Source: an uncultured Gammaproteobacteria bacterium (GTDB lineage: Bacteria; Patescibacteriota; Patescibacteriia; Buchananbacterales; UBA6539). From it: a stretch of 64,000 bases of DNA. A program made the position numbers and the translations under genes. Positions 1-9,822 of this stretch are shown here, piece by piece (positions within the stretch are counted from its first letter, which is position 1; every line of letters starts with the position of its first letter). The notes under the pieces were generated by a model that was not told the origin of the DNA, ran no database searches, and saw nothing but the letters and a program-made list of their open reading frames with translations. Location: the NCBI GenBank assembly GCA_964540635.1, contig CAZINP010000001.1, forward strand, positions 171,263 through 235,262, given 5' to 3'.

Positions 1-312
1 TTATTCAAAATGATGACTTCCCAAGCCGCTTCGGTTTTAAGGTTGGGAAAGGTGGGTAAAATTTTACCGGGTTATCGCGCTGATTTGGCTTTTTGGAAGC
101 TGCGCGACAGAGGATTTATGCCTTATAACGAAAAAAAGCCGATCAGTTTGATTGGCAATATGATTACTCATGGCGGGCGTAATGTTAGGGATTTGATGAT
201 TAATGGTGAGTTTGTTATTACCAATCGTTTGCATAATTTAATCAATGAAAGCAAATTGCTTTCTGAGCTGCAAAGAGTGCATATGGATTTGCGTCAAAGA
301 CTTGACGATTAA
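1..312 (+). CDS. Amidohydrolase family protein, C-terminal part (truncated by window start)
   Basis: 'GKILPGYRADLAFW' and 'NVRDLMING' match the C-terminal beta-sandwich of amidohydrolases (deaminase-like); the frame is open to the window edge. Confidence 0.75.
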   Translation, partial: LFKMMTSQAASVLRLGKVGKILPGYRADLAFWKLRDRGFMPYNEKKPISLIGNMITHGGRNVRDLMINGEFVITNRLHNLINESKLLSELQRVHMDLRQRLDD

Positions 313-324
313 ATTGATAAAATA

Positions 325-358
325 AAAAAACCCGCAAAGCTTTGCGGTTTTTTTATTT
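325..358. terminator. Bidirectional intrinsic terminator
   Basis: A-tract, ccgcaaa-gc-tttgcgg hairpin, T-tract between convergent genes. Confidence 0.7.
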
Positions 359-374
359 TATTTGAAATTGTTTT

Positions 375-1457
375 TTATATAAAGTCGCTGCGGTAATTTG
401 GGGCGGTTTTTATTTTTTGTAGTGAGTGCGGATGACTTTCACGCAAGCCGGCGGCTGAGATGCGCACAAACTCGGCATTTTTGCATAAAGTTTTAATGTC
501 TTTGGCGCCATTGTAACCCAGACCTTGTTTTAAACCGCCAATTAACTGATATATAATTGTTTCAACTGATCCCTTGTATGGCACGTGGCCGACTACGCCC
601 TCGGCAATCATTTCTTCCGGTTTTAATTTATCAGCTTGCATATATCTGTCAGATGAGCCTTTTTGCATCGCATCAACTGAACCCATACCGCGATAAACTT
701 TCATTTTTTGGCCATCAATTTCAATGACTTCACCCGGCGCTTGATCGGTGCCGGCAAATAAGCTGCCAAGCATGACGGCGCTGGCCCCAGCCGCTAAGGC
801 TTTAACCACATCACCCGAAAGCTTGATTCCGCCATCGGCAATAATTGGCGTGTTTGTTTTTTTGGCGGCTTTTACCGCATCCAAAACAGCGGTTAATTGC
901 GGCACGCCGATACCGGCAATAACGCGAGTAGTGCAAATTGACCCAGGTCCAACTCCAACTTTAACCACATCAGCCCCGGCTTTTATTAAATCAAGGGTCG
1001 CTTTGCCCGTGGCTACATTGCCACCGATTATTGTAATTTTTTTGCCGTAAAGTTTTTTTAATTGTGCAATGGTTTCGGCAACTTTATAATAATGTCCGTG
1101 AGCCACATCAATAACCAGGACGTCAACTTCGGCTTCAGCTAAAAATTTGGCGCGGTTAATGGCGTTCTCACCAATTGAAACCGCGGCGGCGCAAAGAAGT
1201 TTTTGGGCTTTTACCTTTTTTACTTCTTCGGCTTGAATTTCGGGAGAAATATTTTTATGGATTACGCCCAGGCCGCCGGCTTTGGCCAAGGTTATGGCCA
1301 TTTCGCTTTCGGTTACGGTGTCCATGGCTGCCGACATCAGTGGGATTTCCAATTTAATATTTTTGCTTAAATATGTTTGAGTTGATACTTGGCTGGGAGA
1401 AACGGTTGATTTTTGCGGCACCAGCAAAACATCGTCAAAAGTTAGGGCTTCTTTCAT
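375..1457 (-). CDS. guaB: IMP dehydrogenase (short form without CBS pair)
   Basis: [17 protein letters not shown], catalytic [15 protein letters not shown]. Confidence 0.93.
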   Translation of the reverse strand: MKEALTFDDVLLVPQKSTVSPSQVSTQTYLSKNIKLEIPLMSAAMDTVTESEMAITLAKAGGLGVIHKNISPEIQAEEVKKVKAQKLLCAAAVSIGENAINRAKFLAEAEVDVLVIDVAHGHYYKVAETIAQLKKLYGKKITIIGGNVATGKATLDLIKAGADVVKVGVGPGSICTTRVIAGIGVPQLTAVLDAVKAAKKTNTPIIADGGIKLSGDVVKALAAGASAVMLGSLFAGTDQAPGEVIEIDGQKMKVYRGMGSVDAMQKGSSDRYMQADKLKPEEMIAEGVVGHVPYKGSVETIIYQLIGGLKQGLGYNGAKDIKTLCKNAEFVRISAAGLRESHPHSLQKIKTAPNYRSDFI

Positions 1458-1516
1458 AATAAAATCTTATTAATAATGGCTTTATTATAATTTAATTTTA
1501 GGATATAATCAATTAT

Positions 1517-3322
1517 ATGAAAAAAGAAAAAATTCCTCAGATTGCGGTGATTGATTTCGGTTCACAGTACACCCACCTTATAACCCGGCGCATTAGGCAG
1601 CTGGGTGTTTTAGCTAAAATTTATTTACCCACCGTTAAGCCGAATGAACTGAAAGGCATTAAGGCTTTGATTTTATCCGGCGGACCGAACAGTGTTTATG
1701 ATGACACGGCGGTTTTGTATGATAAGAAATTACTTTCTTTTCCCGTGCCGATTTTAGGTTTGTGTTATGGTCATCAGCTTTTGGCTCAACACTTTGGCGG
1801 TCAAGTCAAACCGGGCAAAACCAAGGAGTATGGTTTTGCGGAATTTAAAGTTTTAAATAAATGTAGTTTAATTAAAGGTTTGCCGGAGAAATCAAAGATT
1901 TGGATGAGTCATGGTGATAGTGTGGCGATTTTGCCGCCGGGCTTTATGGCTTTGGGTAAAACCGCCGATTGTGCAATGGCGGCCATGGCCGATGTTAAAA
2001 GAAAAATATATGGATTGCAATTTCATCCGGAAGTGGCCCATTCGGAATGCGGTGATAAAATTTTGAAAAATTTTGTTTTTAATATCGCCAAGGCCAAAAA
2101 AGATTGGTCGCTTGATTTATATTTCAAAGAGATAATCGCTGAAACTAAAAAAACAGTCGGCAAAAGAAAAGTTTTTTTGTTGGTTTCCGGTGGCGTTGAC
2201 TCTTCGGTTTGTTTTGCCCTTTTGGAAAAAATTTTTGGCAAAAAAAATGTTTTTGGTTTGCATATTGATTCCGGGGCCATGAGATTAAACGAGTCTAAAA
2301 AGGTTAAAGTTGCTTTGGCTAAAGCGGGGTTTGATAATTTGCATATTGTTGACGCTTCCGAAGAGTTTTTAAAAAATCTTAAAGGTGTTTTTGATCCAGA
2401 AAAAAAGCGCGAAATCATCGGTAAAACTTTTTTGGAGATTAAGGATGCGATAATGAAAGATCTTAAATTAAAAAAATCAGATTGGCTTTTGGGTCAAGGC
2501 ACAATTTATCCGGACACAATTGAAAGCGGCGCCACCAAACACGCGGATAAAATTAAAACTCACCACAATCGCGTTGCGGAAATTCTTAAACTGGCCAAGC
2601 TTGGTGCTTTGGTTGAACCGATCGCCGGTTTATATAAAGATGAGGTCAGACAAGTGGGGAAAAAATTAGGCTTGCCCCCCGGCTTGCTTAATCGTCACCC
2701 GTTTCCCGGGCCGGGATTATTTATTCGTTTGCTTTGTTATGACGGCAAAAAAATAAAAGTTGTTAAGGAAAAAAATATTGCCAAAATTATTGGCGGGAAA
2801 TATCAGGCAAGAGTTTTGCCGTTAAAAAGTGTGGGTGTTCAGGGTGATAATCGGACTTATCGCCATCCGGTTTTATTGACCGGCCCTCAAGATTTTAAAA
2901 AGTTGCATGGTTTATCCGTTAGGTTAACCAATGAAGTTAAAAGTATTAATCGGGCGGTGTATTTGGTTGCACCTCAAAAAATTGATTTGGAAAAAATTAA
3001 ACTTCAAAAAGCGGAGATTACCAAGCCCAGATTGGATTTATTGCGTCAGGCCGACGAAGTGGTTAATCGTCAAATTAACTTGAATAAATTGTATAAAAAG
3101 ATTTGGCAATTTCCGGTGGTTTTAGCGCCACTTGGTTTAAAGGGCGGTCAAGCGATTATTTTGCGGCCGGTGGAGTCAAGGGAAGCCATGACGGTTAATT
3201 TTTATCAAATGCAAAAAAATGTTTTAAATCAATTAGCTAAAGAACTCTTAGCAATTAAGGGTATTGATTTGGTACTTTATGATATTACCAATAAGCCCCC
3301 GGGTACGATTGAGTGGGAATAA
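1517..3322 (+). CDS. guaA: GMP synthase (glutamine-hydrolysing), long C-terminal form
   Basis: DFGSQY, GLCYGHQ, QFHPEV, SGGVDS, HPFPGPGL, KPPGTIEWE. Confidence 0.96.
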   Translation: MKKEKIPQIAVIDFGSQYTHLITRRIRQLGVLAKIYLPTVKPNELKGIKALILSGGPNSVYDDTAVLYDKKLLSFPVPILGLCYGHQLLAQHFGGQVKPGKTKEYGFAEFKVLNKCSLIKGLPEKSKIWMSHGDSVAILPPGFMALGKTADCAMAAMADVKRKIYGLQFHPEVAHSECGDKILKNFVFNIAKAKKDWSLDLYFKEIIAETKKTVGKRKVFLLVSGGVDSSVCFALLEKIFGKKNVFGLHIDSGAMRLNESKKVKVALAKAGFDNLHIVDASEEFLKNLKGVFDPEKKREIIGKTFLEIKDAIMKDLKLKKSDWLLGQGTIYPDTIESGATKHADKIKTHHNRVAEILKLAKLGALVEPIAGLYKDEVRQVGKKLGLPPGLLNRHPFPGPGLFIRLLCYDGKKIKVVKEKNIAKIIGGKYQARVLPLKSVGVQGDNRTYRHPVLLTGPQDFKKLHGLSVRLTNEVKSINRAVYLVAPQKIDLEKIKLQKAEITKPRLDLLRQADEVVNRQINLNKLYKKIWQFPVVLAPLGLKGGQAIILRPVESREAMTVNFYQMQKNVLNQLAKELLAIKGIDLVLYDITNKPPGTIEWE

Positions 3323-3421
3323 AAATATAAATGAAACGTCAGCTTAAGGGCTGATGTTTTTTAATAAAAAAAGACCGCGCAGAAAGCACGCGGCCAATCA
3401 ATGAGCGAGGTGGATTCGTGT

Positions 3422-3607
3422 TCAATCACGATTTTCCCCGTCATTTTCTTGTTTTGGTGGGCGATCATCGCCCGGACAGTTTCCGCCGGGACAGTTAATG
3501 CCCTCGGGAATTTTTTCATGGGGCGCAGCTACCAACCCATGGTCGGTGGCAATGCCAGGAACAACTTTGCCGCACATGCGGCAAACTACCATCGGTTGAA
3601 TGGTCAT
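3422..3607 (-). CDS. Small orphan protein with CxxC...H...C (possible zinc ribbon)
   Basis: 61-aa ORF with AGGGAG SD before the ATG, TTGACA upstream and a hairpin/T-tract downstream. Confidence 0.6.
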   Translation of the reverse strand: MTIQPMVVCRMCGKVVPGIATDHGLVAAPHEKIPEGINCPGGNCPGDDRPPKQENDGENRD

Positions 3608-3700
3608 ACAAACTCTCCCTTGGTTTTGTAATTCATCCTATTAGAATTACAACAGTTAAATATATTATAAAAACATTAATTTGTCAAGGTTATTGGCGTT

Positions 3701-5617
3701 TTATTTTTTAAAAAATTTATAGATAAAACCAATAGTAGCCGCCACAACGGCCGAAGCGCCGGAAAAAAAATAGCGACCAAATGATTTTTCTGAAATAGCT
3801 TTAGTTTCTTTTGGCTTAATATTTTCTTGGGAATTTTGCGCACCAAGCACTTTTGGTTTAGCCATATCTTTTTTTGTATCATCATTTTGGTTTAGAACAT
3901 TCATTTCTCCAGGTGTCGGCGTTTGGCTGTTTTGCCAAATAAAATTTTCATCCAGCACCTGGCTTTGGCCGGTTTTGCCTTTATTATAAATCACCTGGTC
4001 AATAATTTGATTATTCGGCGCCATTAATTTTATGGTATCACCGTCATTGTTTAAGGCAATTTTAGTTTGTGAGCGAAAAAAGGCCAGATATTGTCCGGGC
4101 TTGATAATTGTGTTTGGCGGAAGAATAAACGGTTTGGTTTTTGCCCCTCCGTCGCTTAGCATGAAATTGCTGAGATCATACGGTTTTGTTTCATTGGAAA
4201 AAATTTCAATGAATTCGTTGGCAGCCTCATCTTCTTTGGGATCAGCCAAAAATTCAGAAATAAAAATATTGGGCAGGTATTCCAAATTTTTTACAACAAA
4301 GCTTTCGGTTGAAGTTGAAGTATTTGGTAAAGGTGAAGTCGAAGTTGCCTTGGCGCCATCTTTAATTTTAACTTTTAAAATTTCCGTACTGCTGGCAAGT
4401 TCATCAATAATAATTTTAAGTTTTACTTCGTAGCTGCCAGGAGTAATATAAATTTGTCTGGCTCGGGAGCCAAAAGCCATTCGACCGTCGCCGAATTCCC
4501 AAACAAATTTCATTTCTCGGTTAAATTTGTCAAAACTGTCGCTGGCGTCAAAGAAAAGCGTTTCAAAAACCTCACCCGCTTCCGGACCGGTTAAATTTAT
4601 AATTGGACGCACAATGCTTTGGCAGATATTTTCTTGGCCGGGAGTCGGGCTTTGCCAGCAAAAATCATCATCGGCATTTTTATCAAGATTTTTTTGCCAA
4701 GAGGCATTGTTCATCTCGCTGTTTTTTAAACTAACTTCGTCAATGATTTTATTTTCGTTTGAATAAAGAGTAATTTTTTCTTTGGTATTGGCAATGGCAA
4801 GATTGGTTTGAGAACGATAAAAAACAACAATGGCCTGTGGCGCCAAACCAACCTCGGCAATTACGTAAGAATATTTATTGGCATTTTTGAGAATAAAATT
4901 TTTTAAGTTTATGGTTTTGTTTGAAATATTTTTAATCTCAATAAATTCATTTTTTTCCGGATTTTCAGTCGGGTTGGGAAAAATTTCATTAATAATTAAA
5001 TCGCCCTTCTTAACATCTTGAATGATAGTGGTAATCAATGGGTTTAAAAAAGAAGAAGTGGTTGTTTCTGAAGATTGGTTTGATGCTTCTTCGCCAGGCT
5101 CCTCATTTGATTCATCTGGGCCAAGTGAATTTTGAGCTTTGGGCGTGCCGCCGACTTGAGCCGATGTTTGCCAAAGGCCGTCAGTTTTTCGCTCCAAGGT
5201 ATTTTTGGTTTCATTGTCACCACCCGGCCAACTCTCAGCAGCTTCAATTTTATCAATAATGTTATTATTTTGATCGTATAAAATTAAGTTTTCGCCGGTG
5301 TTTGATAGGCTGCCGGTATAAATTTGATCGGCCGTTATTGTCGGTAGGGTTTGATCACCGGTTCTTTCCAATAGATAAAAACCGGATGCATTAATTTTAC
5401 CGGTTAAATTAATTTTAGGACTGCCGTCCTCAGCTTCCAGACGCCAGCCGGCTAAATCAACCTCTTCGCCTAACGGATTGTATAATTCCAGCCATTCGGC
5501 GTTGGCTGATTCGGTTGTGCCCATCCAGGCAATTTCGTTTATAGTTACATTCTCAGCTGCCAGGCAAATTTTTGGAAAAAATATTACCAGGGCAAAAAGC
5601 AAAAAGCCTTTTTTCAT
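3701..5617 (-). CDS. Surface protein with three lamin-tail domains, a PKD domain and a C-terminal anchor
   Basis: Signal peptide; repeated INEI/ISEF...EWLEL/EFIEI...TPG motifs; PKD 'FDASDS...WEFGDG...PGSYEVKL'. Confidence 0.85.
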   Translation of the reverse strand: MKKGFLLFALVIFFPKICLAAENVTINEIAWMGTTESANAEWLELYNPLGEEVDLAGWRLEAEDGSPKINLTGKINASGFYLLERTGDQTLPTITADQIYTGSLSNTGENLILYDQNNNIIDKIEAAESWPGGDNETKNTLERKTDGLWQTSAQVGGTPKAQNSLGPDESNEEPGEEASNQSSETTTSSFLNPLITTIIQDVKKGDLIINEIFPNPTENPEKNEFIEIKNISNKTINLKNFILKNANKYSYVIAEVGLAPQAIVVFYRSQTNLAIANTKEKITLYSNENKIIDEVSLKNSEMNNASWQKNLDKNADDDFCWQSPTPGQENICQSIVRPIINLTGPEAGEVFETLFFDASDSFDKFNREMKFVWEFGDGRMAFGSRARQIYITPGSYEVKLKIIIDELASSTEILKVKIKDGAKATSTSPLPNTSTSTESFVVKNLEYLPNIFISEFLADPKEDEAANEFIEIFSNETKPYDLSNFMLSDGGAKTKPFILPPNTIIKPGQYLAFFRSQTKIALNNDGDTIKLMAPNNQIIDQVIYNKGKTGQSQVLDENFIWQNSQTPTPGEMNVLNQNDDTKKDMAKPKVLGAQNSQENIKPKETKAISEKSFGRYFFSGASAVVAATIGFIYKFFKK

Positions 5618-5639
5618 AATTTTTATTAGTAAATTATTT

Positions 5640-5740
5640 AAAAATAAAAAGCGCCCAAGAGGCGCTATATTGATTTAAATATAAATACGAAAACCCCGAT
5701 CAAACGGGGCTTTTCGCGCTATGTTGAGCCTTAGCTCAAT
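5640..5740 (-). ncRNA. Candidate ~90-nt small RNA or attenuator leader with three hairpins
   Basis: Minus-strand TTGACA near 5767-5772; hairpins ttgagc/gctcaa, cgaaaagccccg/cggggttttcg and agcgcc/ggcgct + T-tract; carries the complement of the 23-mer at 7916 and 8109. Confidence 0.5.
5709..5731. repeat. 23-bp exact repeat GCTTTTCGCGCTATGTTGAGCCT, copy 1 of 3
   Basis: Identical at 5709-5731, 7916-7938 and 8109-8131. Confidence 0.95.
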
Positions 5741-5819
5741 TTAAATTTAGAATTTTTTGATTTTTTTGTCAAGAATTTACGTTGACAATGCCTAAAAAAT
5801 AGGCGATGATTAAAATAAT

Positions 5820-7415
5820 ATGAAACCAAAAGGGCTGGAATTTAATCTTGGGAATATCCCCGAACCAAAGCCGATTTTATCTAATCCTGAAAATAAATTG
5901 GGTTTGGGTGAAGTGGCTTCTGATGCAAGAGAAGTCGGAGAAAGTATGCCGCAAAATGTGCCGGAAGGGCGCATTGTTTTTTTAGGCCCAAAGAAAAAAG
6001 AGGCTGAAGCTTTTAACCAAACTGAAACTGATAATAAGGAGGTTGAGCCTGAGGGAAATTTTTTAACACTGGCACGAGACCAGAAAAAGACCGGGCCAAC
6101 CGGAGTAATTGAGGTTGAAACCGGCCAGCCGTTGGTTGAGGAGAAAAAATTTAATCCGACCGAAACTTACGTTGCTTTGAATTTGGCGGTTGAAGAAACG
6201 ATAAAAAATTCAGAATCTTACCGGAGGATTTTAACAGTCGTCGGTTCTGATAAGCGACAATGGCTGATTGGGGAGTTGTCAAGGATGTCAACAATGGGTT
6301 TGTCTAATGATAAGGATACGGCCAGAAATTTGTTGCGTTTGCTTGGTAAAAGTAAAGGCGAATCCTCTTTGTTGGCTGATTATTCTTTGGACGATTTAAG
6401 GTCGGATTTGAGAGCGATTTTCAAAGAAACCCATTCTCAAATAAATATCAGCAGCTATTCGCAAATTGACCGACTTGACTCAGAAACGGTCAGAGATGTT
6501 ATTAAAAGACTTAATGCTTTGGCAATGGAGTCTTCTCATTTTGCCAGCGGTGATAAAAATAATGCCTTGGCAAGAAGATTGTTAGATTTGGAAATTCAGG
6601 AATTAAGAGCGCTTTATCCGGAGCCGAAAATTAAAAAGGAAGAAAAAACCCCTGAGGCTCTAAAATTAAATCAGGAAAAAGAAGAGGCAAATAAAAGACT
6701 TTTAGAAGAGTTAAAAGCTTTGGCTGAAAAGGCCGGGCAAGAGGGCCTTAACCAATGGTTTTTGGATAAAATTAAAGAATGTTTTTCCGAAAAAAGATAT
6801 AAAGAACTTCTTGCGGCCGGATTGGACGGTGTTAGGGTTGTAGAAGTAACCAGTGCTTCGGTTAATCGGGTTGTCGGCCAAGATGTTACTCGCCCTGTTT
6901 TCTATTTTTCTGATGATGAAAGTTACACTAAATTTTGCAAGTCTTTGTTGGGAGAGGACGATGATTCCTCGGGAGTTTTTTTGCCACCGAAATTATTTTC
7001 AGAGGGCGATTTGGCAAAAACCGGCATGTTAATTACCGGCGGTGGCACAGGTACGGTTATTCACGAAATGATGCATTCGGTTGATCCGAATCTTGGTAAA
7101 AGGAAAGGACCCAATCGAGTCCTAGATGAGCTCTTTGCTTATTACAACGATATTGTTGTGAGAAGCCAAATTGACGAAAAAGGTAATTATCAGCCAACCA
7201 ATGAAATTGATGAAAAGTTATGGGACCAATTGGCAGAAGCATTATCTCATGAGGGTTATATGAAGTCATATAAAATGGATAAAAGTTGGGGTAGGGGTGG
7301 TATGAAATCGTTTTGCAATAATTTGGTTTTGAAAGCCAAGTCTTTAAGGACTAAGTTCGGGGATATCGTGACCTTGCGCAAGATCGCGGAAACGATTTCG
7401 CCGCTTGATCTTTAA
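5820..7415 (+). CDS. Hypothetical protein with HExxH motif (zincin-like C-terminus)
   Basis: 531-aa ORF; 'VIHEMMHS' followed by 'DELFAY'. Confidence 0.65.
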   Translation: MKPKGLEFNLGNIPEPKPILSNPENKLGLGEVASDAREVGESMPQNVPEGRIVFLGPKKKEAEAFNQTETDNKEVEPEGNFLTLARDQKKTGPTGVIEVETGQPLVEEKKFNPTETYVALNLAVEETIKNSESYRRILTVVGSDKRQWLIGELSRMSTMGLSNDKDTARNLLRLLGKSKGESSLLADYSLDDLRSDLRAIFKETHSQINISSYSQIDRLDSETVRDVIKRLNALAMESSHFASGDKNNALARRLLDLEIQELRALYPEPKIKKEEKTPEALKLNQEKEEANKRLLEELKALAEKAGQEGLNQWFLDKIKECFSEKRYKELLAAGLDGVRVVEVTSASVNRVVGQDVTRPVFYFSDDESYTKFCKSLLGEDDDSSGVFLPPKLFSEGDLAKTGMLITGGGTGTVIHEMMHSVDPNLGKRKGPNRVLDELFAYYNDIVVRSQIDEKGNYQPTNEIDEKLWDQLAEALSHEGYMKSYKMDKSWGRGGMKSFCNNLVLKAKSLRTKFGDIVTLRKIAETISPLDL

Positions 7416-7478
7416 GACTGTTGAGTTTAACAATTGACTTTTTGTTTTTGTAACATTAATATAAGTAGGTGCCTATTT

Positions 7479-7560
7479 GGGCGAGTGGTGGAATTGGTAT
7501 ACACGCATGCCTTAGGAGCATGTGCCGAAAGGCTTGAGAGTTCGAGTCTCTCCTCGCCCA
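7479..7560 (+). tRNA. tRNA-Leu (TAG)
   Basis: GGGCGAG/CTCGCCC acceptor stem, catgc-CTTAGGA-gcatg anticodon arm, long variable arm, GTTCGAGT; no encoded CCA. Confidence 0.96.
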
Positions 7561-7915
7561 TTATTTAAAGCCGTCAATCGGCTTTTTTTGTTTTTAATAT
7601 TGACAAGTGTGGGGGAATTGGTAAAATATATATAGGATTTAGGCCGTCTTATCAAATAGCGCCGTCGCATAAAAATAAAAAAAATTGAATTAATCAATTT
7701 TTTCCGAAAGATTTTTTGCGCCGTCGCGCCAGAGAGCCGTCGCCAATTTCTGTGGATAAATTAAAAAATATCAATGTTAAAAATTAAACTGACAAAAATT
7801 TTATTTCAGAAATCGAGTGTTAAGCTCGAGATTGGGGGTTCAGTTTTAAATTTATTTAATCATTTCCGGCAATAGGCCGGATTTTTCTTGTCTGCTTTTT
7901 TGCGGAAGCCTTTGA

Positions 7916-7938
7916 GCTTTTCGCGCTATGTTGAGCCT
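7916..7938. repeat. 23-bp repeat, copy 2 (hairpin apex)
   Basis: Enclosed by tctgcttttttgcggaagcctt / aaggctttcgtgaaaaagcaga. Confidence 0.95.
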
Positions 7939-8108
7939 AAGGCTTTCGTGAAAAAGCAGAGATTGAATAAACTGATTGTTATAAAGAAAATAATTTTAGA
8001 TCAAACAAATTTAGCCCGCTTTTTTCACGATCAATGCCTTAAGGTCTTAGACTTTTCCCGGATTGCGCTAAGGTAAAATGATCAATTTCTATTTACATTA
8101 GACCACGA

Positions 8109-8131
8109 GCTTTTCGCGCTATGTTGAGCCT
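8109..8131. repeat. 23-bp repeat, copy 3 (hairpin apex)
   Basis: Enclosed by a long imperfect inverted repeat spanning about 7970-8260. Confidence 0.95.
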
Positions 8132-8451
8132 TGGTCAGATTTAATGTAGACAATTGATGTAAACATTTTTCCTGGTTTCAATTGGAGAAGGTTTAATAGG
8201 GCATTGATCATGGCAAAGGCGGGTGAGAATTTATCCAGATATATTCTATAATGATCGTTTGTAAAATTTATTTACGTTATTATGTGTGTTCTTTGATAAT
8301 TATATAATCGTTAGCGTCACCCTTACGCCAATTCAAATTGGCATGAAATAAAATGATTGAACCGAAAGTGGAAAGGAGGTCCCAGGATCTTTCTTTACGT
8401 CCTTGATCATGGTGATCAGGCTATTGAATGGCGAACATAACGTTTTTTTAC

Positions 8452-8482
8452 AACGTTTCCTTGGGGGAGGAAACGTTTTTTA
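8452..8482 (+). terminator. Intrinsic terminator
   Basis: aacgtttcct / aggaaacgtt stem followed by a T-tract. Confidence 0.8.
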
Positions 8483-8568
8483 ATGCAGCTTTTCACGGAA
8501 GTTGCCTTGGAGGTATAATATAAGCGTAAGCAGTATTTGTAAATAAATTTAAAATTAAACTAACATTT

Positions 8569-9711
8569 ATGGATAAGCAGCAAAAATATTATTCGGCCTT
8601 CTCTGATATTGTTGAAAAATTTTTTCAGTTTTATCCATTTTTAAGCACACGAGAGGCGAATAATTTTAAAAGGCAGGCCAACGCTTCTTATTGTCAAATT
8701 AAAAAAATATCAAACGATGAAGAATTTTTAGCCTTCGCAAAAGAATTTATTGCCTCCTTGGGTCATAGTCATGCTAAAATTGTCGGCAAAACACTTATTT
8801 ATCGCCCCAAAGACTGCCAAGTCAAATACATAAATTCAAAATTTTATCTTTTTAAATCCGGAAAATTAGTTGGAGAATTAATTACAATTGATTCGCAAGC
8901 CCCAAGGCAAATTTTAAGGTCTAATCAGAAATATATCTCAGCTTCAACGCCGCAATATTTAATGGCTCAAGGGTTGGAACGATTATTTAATTCCGATTGT
9001 CCAAAATCCGTAGTGGTAAAAGTTAGGACTAAAGATGGAGTTAAAGCGATTAAATTATCTCGCCTTGGGGTCAAGCCTAAAAAGTCCAGAGCCGGTATTA
9101 AGTGGCGATTTATTAGCGGTAAAGTTGGTTATTTGAAAATTGGCGCTTGGAGATTTTCTAATTTTGATGATAAAAGGTTAGAAAAAATAATAAATAAATT
9201 CCTAAATAAAAAAATTAATAAAATTATAATTGATGTTCGTGGTAATGGTGGCGGTCGATCAAAGACTGCCGATGGTCTGGCCGGTCATTTTTTAAATAAA
9301 AAAATAAAAATTGGCAAGAGTCTGGATCGTTTTAACCATAAAACGGACTACTTTGTTTTGCCTAAGAGACCATTTGTAAAAGCGTCTGTTATTATTTTGG
9401 TTGATAATTATTGCTTAAGTTCAACCGAACTTTTTGTTGCCGGGCTAAAGGATAATAAGTTGGCTTTTGTAATTGGGCAGACTACCGGTGGTGGAACTGG
9501 TAACCCAAAAAAGTTTGAGATTGCCCTTGCTCGAAAAAGATTAAATCTTTATGTGCCTACTTGGGTTTTTTATCGTAGGAATAGAGAGATGATTGAGGGT
9601 AGAGGCATAAAACCCGATATTGAGATCGACGAAAGTGTCGGTGATTTATCAGTTAATAATGATTTTGTTCTCGAGCGAGCAGTAAGTTTTTTACTGAACA
9701 AAAAGGGGTAG
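8569..9711 (+). CDS. S41 family peptidase
   Basis: GYLKI, IIDVRGNGGG, SSTELF, IGQTTGG, IEGRGIKPD. Confidence 0.88.
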   Translation: MDKQQKYYSAFSDIVEKFFQFYPFLSTREANNFKRQANASYCQIKKISNDEEFLAFAKEFIASLGHSHAKIVGKTLIYRPKDCQVKYINSKFYLFKSGKLVGELITIDSQAPRQILRSNQKYISASTPQYLMAQGLERLFNSDCPKSVVVKVRTKDGVKAIKLSRLGVKPKKSRAGIKWRFISGKVGYLKIGAWRFSNFDDKRLEKIINKFLNKKINKIIIDVRGNGGGRSKTADGLAGHFLNKKIKIGKSLDRFNHKTDYFVLPKRPFVKASVIILVDNYCLSSTELFVAGLKDNKLAFVIGQTTGGGTGNPKKFEIALARKRLNLYVPTWVFYRRNREMIEGRGIKPDIEIDESVGDLSVNNDFVLERAVSFLLNKKG

Positions 9712-9822
9712 GGCGGCTATAATGCAGTATTTGTCAGGTTTTTGACGGAATAGAATTTTGTATTTTAATAAAATTGAAGATTTGTGGTATAATTAAGGGT
9801 GAAATAAACTTAATTTTTTATT

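Larger units (their letters stand above)
7630..8482 (+). ncRNA. Candidate large structured ncRNA (~850 nt) of unknown class
   Basis: TTGACA(7600)-16-TAAAAT promoter, no credible ORF, many long stems whose mismatches are mostly G-U on the + strand, terminator at 8452-8482. Confidence 0.6.

Noticed and set aside
7888-8076. 62-aa ORF inside the structured region
   Set aside because: TTG start, no SD, and it lies across hairpin arms
5709-8131. Three 23-bp repeats as a CRISPR array
   Set aside because: Spacing is 2207 and 193 bp rather than regular short spacers, and no cas genes are in the window
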